A stretch of DNA of 64,000 bases from Nitrosopumilaceae archaeon (GTDB lineage Archaea > Thermoproteota > Nitrososphaeria > Nitrososphaerales > Nitrosopumilaceae). A model generated the notes under the pieces. It did not search any database, was not told the DNA's origin, and worked only from the letters and a program-made list of their open reading frames with translations. Location: positions 736,001 through 800,000 of the forward strand of contig OZ242376.1 of NCBI GenBank assembly GCA_965209085.1, written 5' to 3'. The position numbers were made by a program, and so were the translations under genes. Shown piece by piece: positions 1-9,787 of the stretch. Every line of letters starts with the position of its first letter. The first letter of the stretch is position 1.

Positions 1-2151
1 AAAATCACATCTTATTTGAACTCATTAAAGGCCAAAAAGGCAAAAGCTGAACGCGATTTGGAGGATTTGGAGATTATACTTGAAAAATCCACCAAAGCTG
101 GAGCCAAATACGACTCAAAGATACAAACGGTACGCAATTTTATGCACGAGGATTATTCGGTTGCAAAGCTAAAAGAGCACGCAACCCGGCTTGGAATACT
201 TGGATTGGTGTACGAGCTTCTTTCATGGGATAAGGAATACGAGCGGGCAATCATGGCTTCTGGCTCTGAGTGGATAAAGGCAATCGTGGTAAAAGATTTT
301 GAAACTTTAGTGGCGTTAGCTGAGCATGTTCGGGCACAAAAACTGCCCAAAGTCAAGATAATCCCTCTTGATGCACTCACCACTATAGGGAATGCAAATT
401 CAGAGGGCGGGCCACACCGGATGCTCTCATCTCATATACGGTGCTCAAATGATCACCGATATTTGGCAGAATTTTTATTTGGAAGTATAGCCGTGGTCAA
501 ATCCAACAAAGAGGCCTTTGAGGCTTCAAACTCTGGATACAAGGTGGTTACGATGGATGGCAACTTTGTACAGCCACACTCGTCCGGCGTTGTAATTGAC
601 ATAAACTCCCGTATCTCAAAAATTGCTAGAATAATCTCAATGAGCATGTCAGTTCAGGGGCTGCTTGAATCAGTATCAGTGCTGAAAAAACATACAATTT
701 CTAAAAAATCTGCCATACAAAAGGCATCTTTGAGAATCTCTGAGAGAGAAGCCCTGCTTCGTACCTTAGTATCTGGAATGGAAAAAGCACAGGGCAGCGG
801 GGCAGACTTGGAAGATAGCATTAAAAACGCCTCCACACTGTACAATTCAATCAAAGAGCGCATGAATGTAATTGATAAAGAGCGCGCCTCCTCTCAGATG
901 CAAATGAGCGAGTGCGCTCCAAAACTGGAGTCATTAAAATCTGAAATTTCATCCTTGAAAGTGAGCCGTACTGGAATTGACATTGAATCAATAGAGGCAG
1001 ATTTGCAAAAAGCAAACAAGGAAAAATCAGTAATTAATGTACAATACTCTGCCATACTTGAAGAGTATGGCAGCATCTTTGCATTATCTGCCAAACTTGA
1101 CGCTGAAATTTTACGGCACGATGAGTCAATATCACTTGCAGAAAAAGAAATGCAATCGCTTGCATCTGAGAAAATAACACTCTCTGAGCGTATCATATCA
1201 CTTGACGTACAATTAATTGATCAAAATAAAATCCTAGTATCGCTGCGCGAGGGCGAGCAGCGGCTCATTGAGGGACAGGGCGGTTCAGCTTCTGAGATTG
1301 AGGTGTATGATGAGCAGACGCAGCAGATGCGCATAAAGGAGAATGAATTTACAGATTCCAAGACAAAGGCTGTGCGGCGCTCAGATGGCCTAAACCGTGA
1401 CATCTCCGAGTTGTCCATAAGAGTTGATGCACTCAAAAAGGCGCTAAACTCATACCGCGGGGAGATTGCATACGATCCAAACTTTGATCCGGAACCTTTG
1501 CTGCGAGGATTGGATGCTGAACTGCGCACCCTTGGGGATTTGAATGCGACAGCTCCTGCCACATACGTGGAGATATCTACTGGATACCGTTCAATGTCCA
1601 TGCGCAAAAATATGCTCGAAGGGGAGCGCAACTCTATAGTGCGGTTTATAGAAGATGTGGAGCGCGACAAAAAACAGACATTTTTGGACGCATTTGACAT
1701 TGTGGACAAACAGGTGCGGGAGACATTCTCAATGATGACCAGCGGGAGCGCGTGGCTGGAACTGCAAAACGAGGATGATATTTTCAATTCGGGCATATCG
1801 TACATGCTCCAGTTTCCAAACAAACCAAAGCGCGAATCAACATCAATCAGCGGAGGCGAGAAAACGCTTGCTGCAATCGTATTTGTTTTGGCGCTGCAAA
1901 AACTCAAACCATCCCCATTTTATTTATTTGATGAAGTTGATGCTCACCTTGATGCTCCAAACGCTGAGCGGCTCTCAAAGATATTGGAGATTCGCTCAAG
2001 GGACAGCCAGTTTATCATGGTCTCGCTAAAAGATTCAGTCGTGTCAAAAGCGTCTCTCATATATGGCGTGTATCCGCGCAAAGGGGATGCTGCCTCCCAG
2101 GTGGTCCGCTACAAGGATAAACGGCTGCCATCAGTTGATAATAACTCTTAA
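1..2151 (+). CDS. smc: Chromosome segregation protein SMC, C-terminal part (gene starts before the window)
   Basis: Hinge-like region, long coiled coil, signature ISGGEKT, Walker B FYLFDEVDAHLD. Confidence 0.95.
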   Translation, partial: KITSYLNSLKAKKAKAERDLEDLEIILEKSTKAGAKYDSKIQTVRNFMHEDYSVAKLKEHATRLGILGLVYELLSWDKEYERAIMASGSEWIKAIVVKDFETLVALAEHVRAQKLPKVKIIPLDALTTIGNANSEGGPHRMLSSHIRCSNDHRYLAEFLFGSIAVVKSNKEAFEASNSGYKVVTMDGNFVQPHSSGVVIDINSRISKIARIISMSMSVQGLLESVSVLKKHTISKKSAIQKASLRISEREALLRTLVSGMEKAQGSGADLEDSIKNASTLYNSIKERMNVIDKERASSQMQMSECAPKLESLKSEISSLKVSRTGIDIESIEADLQKANKEKSVINVQYSAILEEYGSIFALSAKLDAEILRHDESISLAEKEMQSLASEKITLSERIISLDVQLIDQNKILVSLREGEQRLIEGQGGSASEIEVYDEQTQQMRIKENEFTDSKTKAVRRSDGLNRDISELSIRVDALKKALNSYRGEIAYDPNFDPEPLLRGLDAELRTLGDLNATAPATYVEISTGYRSMSMRKNMLEGERNSIVRFIEDVERDKKQTFLDAFDIVDKQVRETFSMMTSGSAWLELQNEDDIFNSGISYMLQFPNKPKRESTSISGGEKTLAAIVFVLALQKLKPSPFYLFDEVDAHLDAPNAERLSKILEIRSRDSQFIMVSLKDSVVSKASLIYGVYPRKGDAASQVVRYKDKRLPSVDNNS

Positions 2152-2438
2152 ATGTACGCGCCGCTCTTATCAGCCTTTAAATCAATATTCAATACAGCGC
2201 CTGTGATAAATGAGTCGTTGCGTATGGTGCGAACTTTACTTACCTCCAAATGGTGGGGCCATATTTTTACGACAATCTCCCCCACTTTGATGTTCTCTGG
2301 CGCATCTGTAATCTTTATGTCATCATTTTTTACCCCGTATTTTTGCAGCTTTTCCATGCTGTGCTTTAAGAGCGGCTCTGGATTGTTGTTATCTATTAGC
2401 CATACTGTTCCCTCATATTTGATACTCTCTGAGCTCAT
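2148..2438 (-). CDS. Hypothetical protein (96 aa)
   Basis: ATG start, overlaps the stop of the upstream Lrp gene by 4 nt; protein-like composition. Confidence 0.7.
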   Translation of the reverse strand: MSSESIKYEGTVWLIDNNNPEPLLKHSMEKLQKYGVKNDDIKITDAPENIKVGEIVVKIWPHHLEVSKVRTIRNDSFITGAVLNIDLKADKSGAYI

Positions 2439-2680
2439 GCTGCCATGTCCGAATTTGTAATGTTTAAAGTCATGGTGCTAACTACTCTGGATAGTGCGCG
2501 CATTTTTTGCGCAACTGTATCATCAAATTTACTTTGATCTTTTGCATGAACTTTAACTATAATATAGTATGCGCCAAAAGTAAGCTGAACTTTTGATACT
2601 TGGGGAATCTTGTGTATCTCATCTACAACACACTCCTCAGCTCCAAGATCGCAATTTACCATGACATACCCTACGTACAT
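2435..2680 (-). CDS. Lrp/AsnC ligand-binding (RAM) domain protein
   Basis: YVMVNCDLG...TFGAYYIIVKV...VVSTMTL pattern of stand-alone AsnC C-terminal domains. Confidence 0.85.
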   Translation of the reverse strand: MYVGYVMVNCDLGAEECVVDEIHKIPQVSKVQLTFGAYYIIVKVHAKDQSKFDDTVAQKMRALSRVVSTMTLNITNSDMAA

Positions 2681-2716
2681 TATGAAAATACTTGCATCTA
2701 ATCCATCTTTAAATCT

Positions 2717-3904
2717 TCATACATTGGGCGTACTATTCCTGCAGTCATCATTGGAATATTTTGTACCCCTCCATGAGACGCTGCCGCCGTTTGGAACAAG
2801 CGAGCCGGCCAAAAATCCAAGAGTGATGATTGCGCCTCCAAGGGGGGCAAATGCCGAATACCATACCCTGCTCTTCATTATCTTTGAGTTTACTGCAGCT
2901 GATACAAACGCTGCCGTAACTGCTGCCATTGATGTTGCAAACAGTACGTATGAGTCAATTCCATACACTAGGAGCGCAAACGCATAAGGGGCAAGAGCAA
3001 ATGGGACCATCATGAGGAATGCGACAGCTATTGTTATTCCCACTGCCTGTTTTTGATTTGATGATGCAATGGGCACCATTAGTCTTTTTATGGCATTCCA
3101 GAGGGTATGAGAGTCGCGTGCCCAGACTGCCGTTACATTCTCAGTACCTGACACTATGAGCATTTTGTATTTTGAATTTTTAACAATCCTGCCCAAAACC
3201 CCATCCTCGACAATCTCCCCACGTGTCCTGTAATGCCCGCCCACATCATCGTATACGTCTGCATTTATGATGAAAAAACTTCCGTAAAAATATCCCGCAC
3301 TCTTTGATGGGTCATTTACCTTTGAGGCCGAATATATGGTGTTTAAAAATACTGTAATCATGGGCATTGTAACAGCAGTCCAAAAATCCAAAGTTAGCAG
3401 CCGGGGCATGATGGTTATTGCGTCAAGTTTTTTCATATCCATGTGCGAGAGAGCCCTTGATAATGCCTGCGGCGAATGCACAGTGTCAGCATCCGTAAAA
3501 AATAACATCTCCCCTGTGGCTCGTTTGCGGCCCTGCGCGCACGGCCAGTTTTTTCCAACCCATCCTTTAGGTTTAGGACCTGCTTGCACGTGTATGATGT
3601 TTTTGTATATTTTTGCCATCTCGTTTATTATCTGCCCTGTTCCATCATCTGATGAATCATCAATGGCGATAATCTCCAAATTTTCATAATCTTGTTCTGC
3701 AAGCGATTTGAGGCATCTTTTGATGTGATCTTTTTCATTGCGTGCCGGCAGTATAACTGAGACTCTCTGCCCTTTTGTGATTTTCTCCTTTGTGAGTTTT
3801 GGCGTTGCTGCATGATCTTTTATCATGGTTTTGCATAAATGCAGCCACGTGAAAAAAACTAGAATCATAAAACCTGCGAGTACATAGTTTATAACATCTA
3901 GCAA
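2717..3904 (-). CDS. Family 2 glycosyltransferase, membrane-bound
   Basis: VSVILPARNE, IDDSSDD, FTDADT, EDG motifs, C-terminal TM helices; start trimmed to TTG at 3904, which overlaps the SRPBCC stop. Confidence 0.9.
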   Translation of the reverse strand: MLDVINYVLAGFMILVFFTWLHLCKTMIKDHAATPKLTKEKITKGQRVSVILPARNEKDHIKRCLKSLAEQDYENLEIIAIDDSSDDGTGQIINEMAKIYKNIIHVQAGPKPKGWVGKNWPCAQGRKRATGEMLFFTDADTVHSPQALSRALSHMDMKKLDAITIMPRLLTLDFWTAVTMPMITVFLNTIYSASKVNDPSKSAGYFYGSFFIINADVYDDVGGHYRTRGEIVEDGVLGRIVKNSKYKMLIVSGTENVTAVWARDSHTLWNAIKRLMVPIASSNQKQAVGITIAVAFLMMVPFALAPYAFALLVYGIDSYVLFATSMAAVTAAFVSAAVNSKIMKSRVWYSAFAPLGGAIITLGFLAGSLVPNGGSVSWRGTKYSNDDCRNSTPNV

Positions 3905-4326
3905 GAACTTTTGCCTTCTGCATCGTTTTTTATCGCGTAAAGAGCCTGTTCGGTACCGCCTTTGATGTGTTTTTTGAGCATACAGGTAAACAATCCAAAC
4001 ATACCTGTCATCTTTATGTCCCATATTACGCCAAGAACTGTCATCTGGCCGCTCTTTTTCACGGTGATGGTTTTTGTTCCAACTATAACTCCGGCAGTAA
4101 ACGTGATTTTTATCGACTCTTCTGGTATAATCTGCACTGTCTGCTCGCATTTTTTGTCCCTGAATGCTATGACTACTTCGCGGCGGATGGTATCTCCATC
4201 AGAAGATACGGTTTTGACGCTTTTTGTACCCTTCCAGTATTTTGGTTCAGCATCCAAATCTGCAACTAAATCCCACACTGTTTTTGGAGGGGCTGCTATC
4301 TTTATTGATGATTCTATGAGTGCCAT
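3898..4326 (-). CDS. SRPBCC/polyketide cyclase-dehydrase family protein
   Basis: IxIAAPPxxVWDLVAD N-terminus and C-terminal helix typical of START/SRPBCC. Confidence 0.85.
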   Translation of the reverse strand: MALIESSIKIAAPPKTVWDLVADLDAEPKYWKGTKSVKTVSSDGDTIRREVVIAFRDKKCEQTVQIIPEESIKITFTAGVIVGTKTITVKKSGQMTVLGVIWDIKMTGMFGLFTCMLKKHIKGGTEQALYAIKNDAEGKSSC

Positions 4327-4553
4327 GGATGTAACCTGTATCAATTATTATATATCATTATGCGCTGTCAGGTTTGCCTATTGGGTAATGTTGCAGGTTT
4401 TATTCATAAACGGGTATTTTTTATGTGAAAATTTGATAAAATCCATTTAAAATCATGCCATATGGCTGATACTTGATAGGAAATTAACCCTCGCAGGTTG
4501 AACCGCGCCAAATATGGATCAACTTATTAATGGATATTTTGTATAGATATAAC

Positions 4554-4646
4554 ATGGCAGATGAAGACGTAAAAAACATCAAAAAGATAGCAGAGAAATG
4601 CATAAAAGATAACGAATTAATCTTTAAAGCACTATCTAAAATATGA
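4554..4646 (+). CDS. 30-aa peptide, putative antitoxin of the Doc protein (not in ORF track)
   Basis: MADEDVKNIKKIAEKCIKDNELIFKALSKI; its TGA overlaps the Doc ATG (ATGA at 4643-4646). Confidence 0.65.
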   Translation: MADEDVKNIKKIAEKCIKDNELIFKALSKI

Positions 4647-5278
4647 TAAAATATCTTACTGTTGACTCGGTACTAGATTTACACTCTGTCGTAAAGGAAC
4701 ATTTTCATGATCATACAACAAGCGGTAAAATTGATGAATATAAGATTCAATCGATTTTAGACAAACCGGGAAGAAAATTTGGAAATAAAGAAATGTATCC
4801 GACAATATATGAAAAGGCAGCATGTATTTTAGAATCATTTTGCAGGGAGCATATATTTACAGATGGCAACAAGCGAACTGCAGTACTTGCAATGTTTGTA
4901 TTTCTTACAATCAATAACCACAATATTGTATTGCCACTTTCTATTACCAAATATGCTGCAGGAATTACAAAATGTATGGATCAAAAACCCGAAGATATTG
5001 AAGCCTTGATAAAAGACATCAGTAAATGGATTGAAAAAAGATCATCTACAAATAGCAAAAACCACAAAAAGAAATTAATACGATATTTATACTTGCCATG
5101 GCTTGGCATGGTTTTATTATTATTTTCAATAATTGGTGCCCCAATACAGTATGTGATAATTCAAGATTGGTTTCAAACCAAAATGCATCCTGAATATGAG
5201 AGCAAGATAAAATTACAATTTGATTTTATTCTTGTAGTCCCTTTTAAACTCAAACAACATTTAAAACAACAGGCATGA
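4643..5278 (+). CDS. Fic/Doc family toxin-like protein with C-terminal hydrophobic segment
   Basis: YPTIYEKAA and HIFTDGNKRTA Doc-type motif. Confidence 0.9.
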   Translation: MIKYLTVDSVLDLHSVVKEHFHDHTTSGKIDEYKIQSILDKPGRKFGNKEMYPTIYEKAACILESFCREHIFTDGNKRTAVLAMFVFLTINNHNIVLPLSITKYAAGITKCMDQKPEDIEALIKDISKWIEKRSSTNSKNHKKKLIRYLYLPWLGMVLLLFSIIGAPIQYVIIQDWFQTKMHPEYESKIKLQFDFILVVPFKLKQHLKQQA

Positions 5279-5604
5279 CATGATTATGGGCAAAAGTCAT
5301 TTCGTGTTGCATAAATAGTAAAATTTTTTGATTGATACAATATCCATTCTGATAAAAACAACAAGCAAACAACTCAAAAACATGTACGATGAAATTCTTG
5401 CGATACACTAGTCTCAAAGCTGAATCTGACTGGCTTTAGCACTCCATCATATGCCATCATTTATCTCCAAAGTATTACGATATTGGATTTTAGGGCATAT
5501 GTGTTTGAATCGTATCTGATACAAACAGTGTCAGAACCATTTTCATCGTTCATGGGCGAAATTTGACAAGGTGTATTTTAATATAAAAATAATGTATCAT
5601 ATTT

Positions 5605-6459
5605 ATGATAAAGTGTCAAATTTTACTCGTAATCATCTTGTCTGTATCATTACTAGTAATTGCAACTGGTGTTGCATCCGCACAGCCCCTGGAGAGCATA
5701 CAGAGTCCAAAACAGCAGCTTGACCGCGGGATTACCCCATATGATGTAATTTGCAGAAACGGACTAATACTTGTGGAAAGATCTAGTGATAAAATCGCAT
5801 GCGTGTATGAAACGACCGCACAAAAAATGGGATGGAATGTAATATCTCTCCCAGCCTCAATTTTGGATAAAACCCCAAATAATCAATTAAACATGGATAA
5901 TTCAAATAAAATAATCCATGAAACATATGGCACTCTTATTACCACTGCTGCCAAACTTAATGCAAGTTTGAGTGCAACAATTCCAAACTCTGTATCCATA
6001 AATGAAACTTTTGATATACAATATGTCTGGACTGAAGATCCCGTCTATGGATATTTTTCAAACACTGTGGAAAACGACTATAATATTTTAAGCATGGCCA
6101 CATCCGAAGTTGAATTTGTTAATGCCAAAAATAATTGGGATTTTGACAATTGCGTTAAAGGGGCACTTGATAAAATCAATCAAACGTCTAAAAATGCATC
6201 TGATAGGACTGGCACTTTTAGTTACAAATTTGTCAAATCCCCCGGAGTTGTTTTCACATATCCGTCAATTATCATATTTGGCACTGATTCATCACACGTT
6301 TCCATATATGCCATTGATGATGGGAACGGAACAATAATCCTAGAAAAGATGAATAATCATGGAAAAATACCGTATGATCCTCCGTGTGCACAAGATGAAA
6401 TGATTCAATCTATAGTTGCAGCATTTGAAAACAATGCACATAATTTAACGGTGCCATAA
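5605..6459 (+). CDS. Secreted protein with an N-terminal SPKQQ...C...C...GW module
   Basis: Signal peptide; module shared with the 2332-aa protein at 35404-42402. Confidence 0.75.
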   Translation: MIKCQILLVIILSVSLLVIATGVASAQPLESIQSPKQQLDRGITPYDVICRNGLILVERSSDKIACVYETTAQKMGWNVISLPASILDKTPNNQLNMDNSNKIIHETYGTLITTAAKLNASLSATIPNSVSINETFDIQYVWTEDPVYGYFSNTVENDYNILSMATSEVEFVNAKNNWDFDNCVKGALDKINQTSKNASDRTGTFSYKFVKSPGVVFTYPSIIIFGTDSSHVSIYAIDDGNGTIILEKMNNHGKIPYDPPCAQDEMIQSIVAAFENNAHNLTVP

Positions 6460-7034
6460 ATACATCCCATTGGATAAAAAAACCTGGTTGTATATGCGGA
6501 CTCGTGTGTAACGAAAATAAATTCAATCCATAATATATTCTGCAGATTATAGTTTATTTCCAGGCCATAAATATTTGAAAAGATCGGGCATGTGTGATAA
6601 TTTGAGTGCGGTACGAGAATTTATAAAACCATGCAAATTTTCGACATGAAATAAATTTATCTGACCGTGACCGTCAATTGTTGTATATCTTTTTTACAGA
6701 TATCTGATCCTCAATTGGTGATTTCTTTTTCATCCATGTCAACATTCACTATTAAATCACAATCGACAGAATTGGGTGTCTCTTTTACAAGTTTAAATCC
6801 GATTTTTGATGATCTTTTAAAACTTTTGAGTAAACTCTGCTACTCAAACATCATACTCTCCATTCTGTTTTCAATTGGCTTACATATTTGCCCCAGCGTT
6901 ATATTTAATAAATTTTTTTAATACTTGCCCCATCCTAAAGGCAGCATTCTCTTATTTGACACCATTCTTCCACAGCTTGTATCAATACTCATTTCACCCT
7001 GTTCTAGTATTTTACTTGGAAATATCTTCATGGA

Positions 7035-7316
7035 TTGAACAATATTGCCAAATACAGCACCGCCCGATTTATTAACCAAACCTTACCATTTACACTCGTA
7101 AGCATCATGAGATCCTCAAGATATCTTCCAAAAATAGAGACATTTAATGCCAATAAATTCTGGGAAAATTCTTTTGCTGATGCGCGCGCAAAACTGCTCA
7201 GGCTAGTTGACATACCTGAAGATAAGATATCTGAGATGATATCTGTAAAATACGCCAAACTTCCATCGGATCTCCGCTACAAGATGGAAACATCTGATAT
7301 TAGAGAAAAATTATAA
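7035..7316 (+). CDS. Hypothetical protein
   Basis: 93-aa ORF co-oriented with the downstream gene. Confidence 0.45.
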   Translation: MNNIAKYSTARFINQTLPFTLVSIMRSSRYLPKIETFNANKFWENSFADARAKLLRLVDIPEDKISEMISVKYAKLPSDLRYKMETSDIREKL

Positions 7317-7360
7317 AATACAAGAAACAGTTTATAGAATGGTGCACATTTGCATACAAT

Positions 7361-7684
7361 GTGACAATAACGTATGATGATTTTGCAAAACTGGAAATCC
7401 GCACCGTCAAAATAACCAATGTTGAAGCAATAGAGGGAAAGTCGCGCATAGCTCTTGGAACAATTAGTGATGGGACACGTACGATGAAAGTTATCATAGG
7501 GGGCGCTGACAAGTTTGATCCTCAAAGTTTGATTGGAGTGCAGGCAATAGCTGTTACAAATTTGGAGCCAAAAAACATTGCGGGTATAAATTCTGAGGCG
7601 ATGCTTCTTGCAGCAGACGTGGATGGAATGCCTTTTTGGCTTGCACCGCGCGGCGAGGTACCTGACGGTACTTTGATTAAATAA
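7361..7684 (+). CDS. tRNA-binding OB-fold protein (Trbp111/CsaA/MetRS-C-like)
   Basis: ITYDDFAKLEIR...VTNLEPKNIAGINSEAMLLAA. Confidence 0.9.
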   Translation: MTITYDDFAKLEIRTVKITNVEAIEGKSRIALGTISDGTRTMKVIIGGADKFDPQSLIGVQAIAVTNLEPKNIAGINSEAMLLAADVDGMPFWLAPRGEVPDGTLIK

Positions 7685-7715
7685 ACAACAATAACAATAA
7701 TTATAATTATATTAT

Positions 7716-7780
7716 ATTTTATTTTATTTTATTTTATTTTATTTTATTTTATTTTATTTTATTTTATTTTATTTTATTTT
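7716..7780. repeat. (ATTTT)13 pentanucleotide tract
   Basis: 13 perfect ATTTT units between convergent genes; last unit overlaps the TBP stop. Confidence 0.95.
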
Positions 7781-8339
7781 ATGTGTATACCATTAGATTC
7801 TTCTCTTCAAGCATTGCATGAAGATTATTTACAGATCTGTACACATCTGGTTCTTTTTTAGCACCAGTGCAGACAAGCTTGCCGGATGAGAATACTAGTA
7901 TCACAGTTTTTGGATCAACCACCCTGTGTATGAGTCCTGGAAACTGTTCAGGCTCGTACATGCTACGGGGTAGGGTTCTTGCAGCATCCTCTAGATGAAT
8001 TTTCCCGCCAAGATTTACCGATGCTACGATATTTTGAATGTCAACTTTGGCATTTTTTTTAATCTTTATCCCTCCTTTACGCAATTTCTCCACGACCGTT
8101 TTTACTGCCTTTCTTGCCAACGCTTCGGATTTTGAGCCTGTACACACCATCTTGCCTGAAGTGAACACCAAAGTGGCAGTTTTTGGAGTCGCCAACCTAA
8201 AGACCAATCCTGGAAACTGATCCGGATGGTATTCCACGTCTGGAAATTTTTTCGTAATCTCATTTAAATCCATTTTTTGATCAACTGACGCTGACGCCAC
8301 CACGTTTTCTATGCTAATAATGGGTTTTGTCTGCGGCAT
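7779..8339 (-). CDS. tbp: TATA-box binding protein
   Basis: Two repeats: IENVVAS...YHPDQFPGLVFR...FTSGKMVCTG and IQNIVAS...YEPEQFPGLIHR...FSSGKLVCTG; start trimmed to MPQTK. Confidence 0.97.
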   Translation of the reverse strand: MPQTKPIISIENVVASASVDQKMDLNEITKKFPDVEYHPDQFPGLVFRLATPKTATLVFTSGKMVCTGSKSEALARKAVKTVVEKLRKGGIKIKKNAKVDIQNIVASVNLGGKIHLEDAARTLPRSMYEPEQFPGLIHRVVDPKTVILVFSSGKLVCTGAKKEPDVYRSVNNLHAMLEEKNLMVYT

Positions 8340-8488
8340 GATCCCACTAATCTGCTCTATAATAAAAAGAATGCACGCACAGATTGAGATAAAACCGCAC
8401 ATTTCAAATGTAATCCTCATTATGGCCATATCCTTGCAAAAGGGGGTAATCTGCGAATAGTTTAATTTGGAATAAACGCCGGCGGCAA

Positions 8489-9604
8489 TTGATGAATTTA
8501 ACCCTTCCTGAATTGGGCGATCTTTTTGGACCCTCCGACTCTGACCTGCTTTTGACGCTCATATGGATTCTCCCTTTGTTCATATTTGTCATGTACGGGC
8601 AGCGCATACAGCTCTCAGTGACATCCAGGGAGCTACAGAAAAACATTAAAAAACTCTCCACCATGCGCAGTAAATCCAGATCATATCTTGTATCATACGC
8701 GCAAAGCATATCCGATGATTGCAATCCAAAAAATGCAGCAATGCTTGCCGATTATTTTACAATCTCTCCAATAAGCTTGGATCCTGCAGGATTGGTTCCA
8801 AAGATTCAGCATATAGTGCGCTCAAAAGAGGATGCAATACGCGCAAAAATCCTTGATATTTTACCAAATGCAAATGATGTGCAGATATCGAAGATACAAA
8901 CGATTGCAGAGCTTGCCGCCACGCTTCAAATGGTGCACAAGATAGTAAACCATTTGTTCCTTACTGCAAAAAAACAGCACAACTATCCGCTCATTTTACC
9001 TTTGCAGATGGTACTGCCCACCATAATGGAGGAGGCTAGTGCAATGTATGATGCCCTTGATGCACTCAAACTTGGCCAGCCGATAGGGGATGGCATAGGA
9101 CCGCTTGTTGCAGCAACACTGATGGACGGTAATGAGAGAATCACATCGATGAGGGAAACTGACATGTGCCGGATGGAGATTGACGGGCGCAAAGTATGCG
9201 TGATAAAGGCGCGCGGGCCCATGTCAACTGTGGGTAGGATTGCCGATGCCTTAGACTTTGCAGTATCTGAATACGGAAAACCTGACGCAATCATAACTAT
9301 AGATGCTGCAAAAAAACTCGAAGGCGAGAATTCTGGCGAAATTGCGGCAGGATTTGGAGTTGCAATGGGCGGGATTGGAACTGAGAGATTTCAAATAGAA
9401 GAGACTGCTGCAAACTTGGGCATCATAACGCATGCAGTGGTGGTAAAACAGTCGGTAAAAGAATCCCTTACACTGATGAGCAAAGAGATTTCAGATAGGA
9501 CCGATGATGCATATGATAGGACAAAGCAGGCCCTGTTTGATGCTGTACCCAAAGGCGGTATGGCCATCATTATAGGTGTCGGGAATACCTCGGGGGTGCC
9601 ATAG
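8489..9604 (+). CDS. DUF1512-like archaeal membrane protein
   Basis: N-terminal TM; PIGDGIGPLVA, KARGP, IDAAKKLEGE, GVGNT motifs. Confidence 0.75.
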   Translation: MMNLTLPELGDLFGPSDSDLLLTLIWILPLFIFVMYGQRIQLSVTSRELQKNIKKLSTMRSKSRSYLVSYAQSISDDCNPKNAAMLADYFTISPISLDPAGLVPKIQHIVRSKEDAIRAKILDILPNANDVQISKIQTIAELAATLQMVHKIVNHLFLTAKKQHNYPLILPLQMVLPTIMEEASAMYDALDALKLGQPIGDGIGPLVAATLMDGNERITSMRETDMCRMEIDGRKVCVIKARGPMSTVGRIADALDFAVSEYGKPDAIITIDAAKKLEGENSGEIAAGFGVAMGGIGTERFQIEETAANLGIITHAVVVKQSVKESLTLMSKEISDRTDDAYDRTKQALFDAVPKGGMAIIIGVGNTSGVP

Positions 9605-9787
9605 ATGTTTTGGAAAAAGAAAAAAATTGTACGCGATGCCAAAACGGTTGAAAAATGTACCGTTTGCAAAACAGAGCGCATACGTGATTATACGGAAGGG
9701 GATGTGATATTTGGTACAGCTGATTTTTGTAAATTATGTAAAAAACCTGCCCGTATTGAGCGAATTTATGCGCAGATTAGAGGGTAG
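9605..9787 (+). CDS. Small Zn-ribbon protein
   Basis: Two CxxC pairs; starts directly after the upstream stop. Confidence 0.7.
   Translation: MFWKKKKIVRDAKTVEKCTVCKTERIRDYTEGDVIFGTADFCKLCKKPARIERIYAQIRG

Noticed and set aside
153-1907. Antisense ORFs within smc (and likewise within uvrABC and the giant gene)
   Set aside because: Shadow frames of well-supported genes.
3905-4150. N-terminal extensions in the ORF track (GT2 here; also map, tbp, uvrC)
   Set aside because: They overlap neighbouring genes or IS remnants and lack family motifs; starts were trimmed.
6660-7030. Possible minus-strand gene relic
   Set aside because: Several stops and no recognisable motif; cannot be supported.
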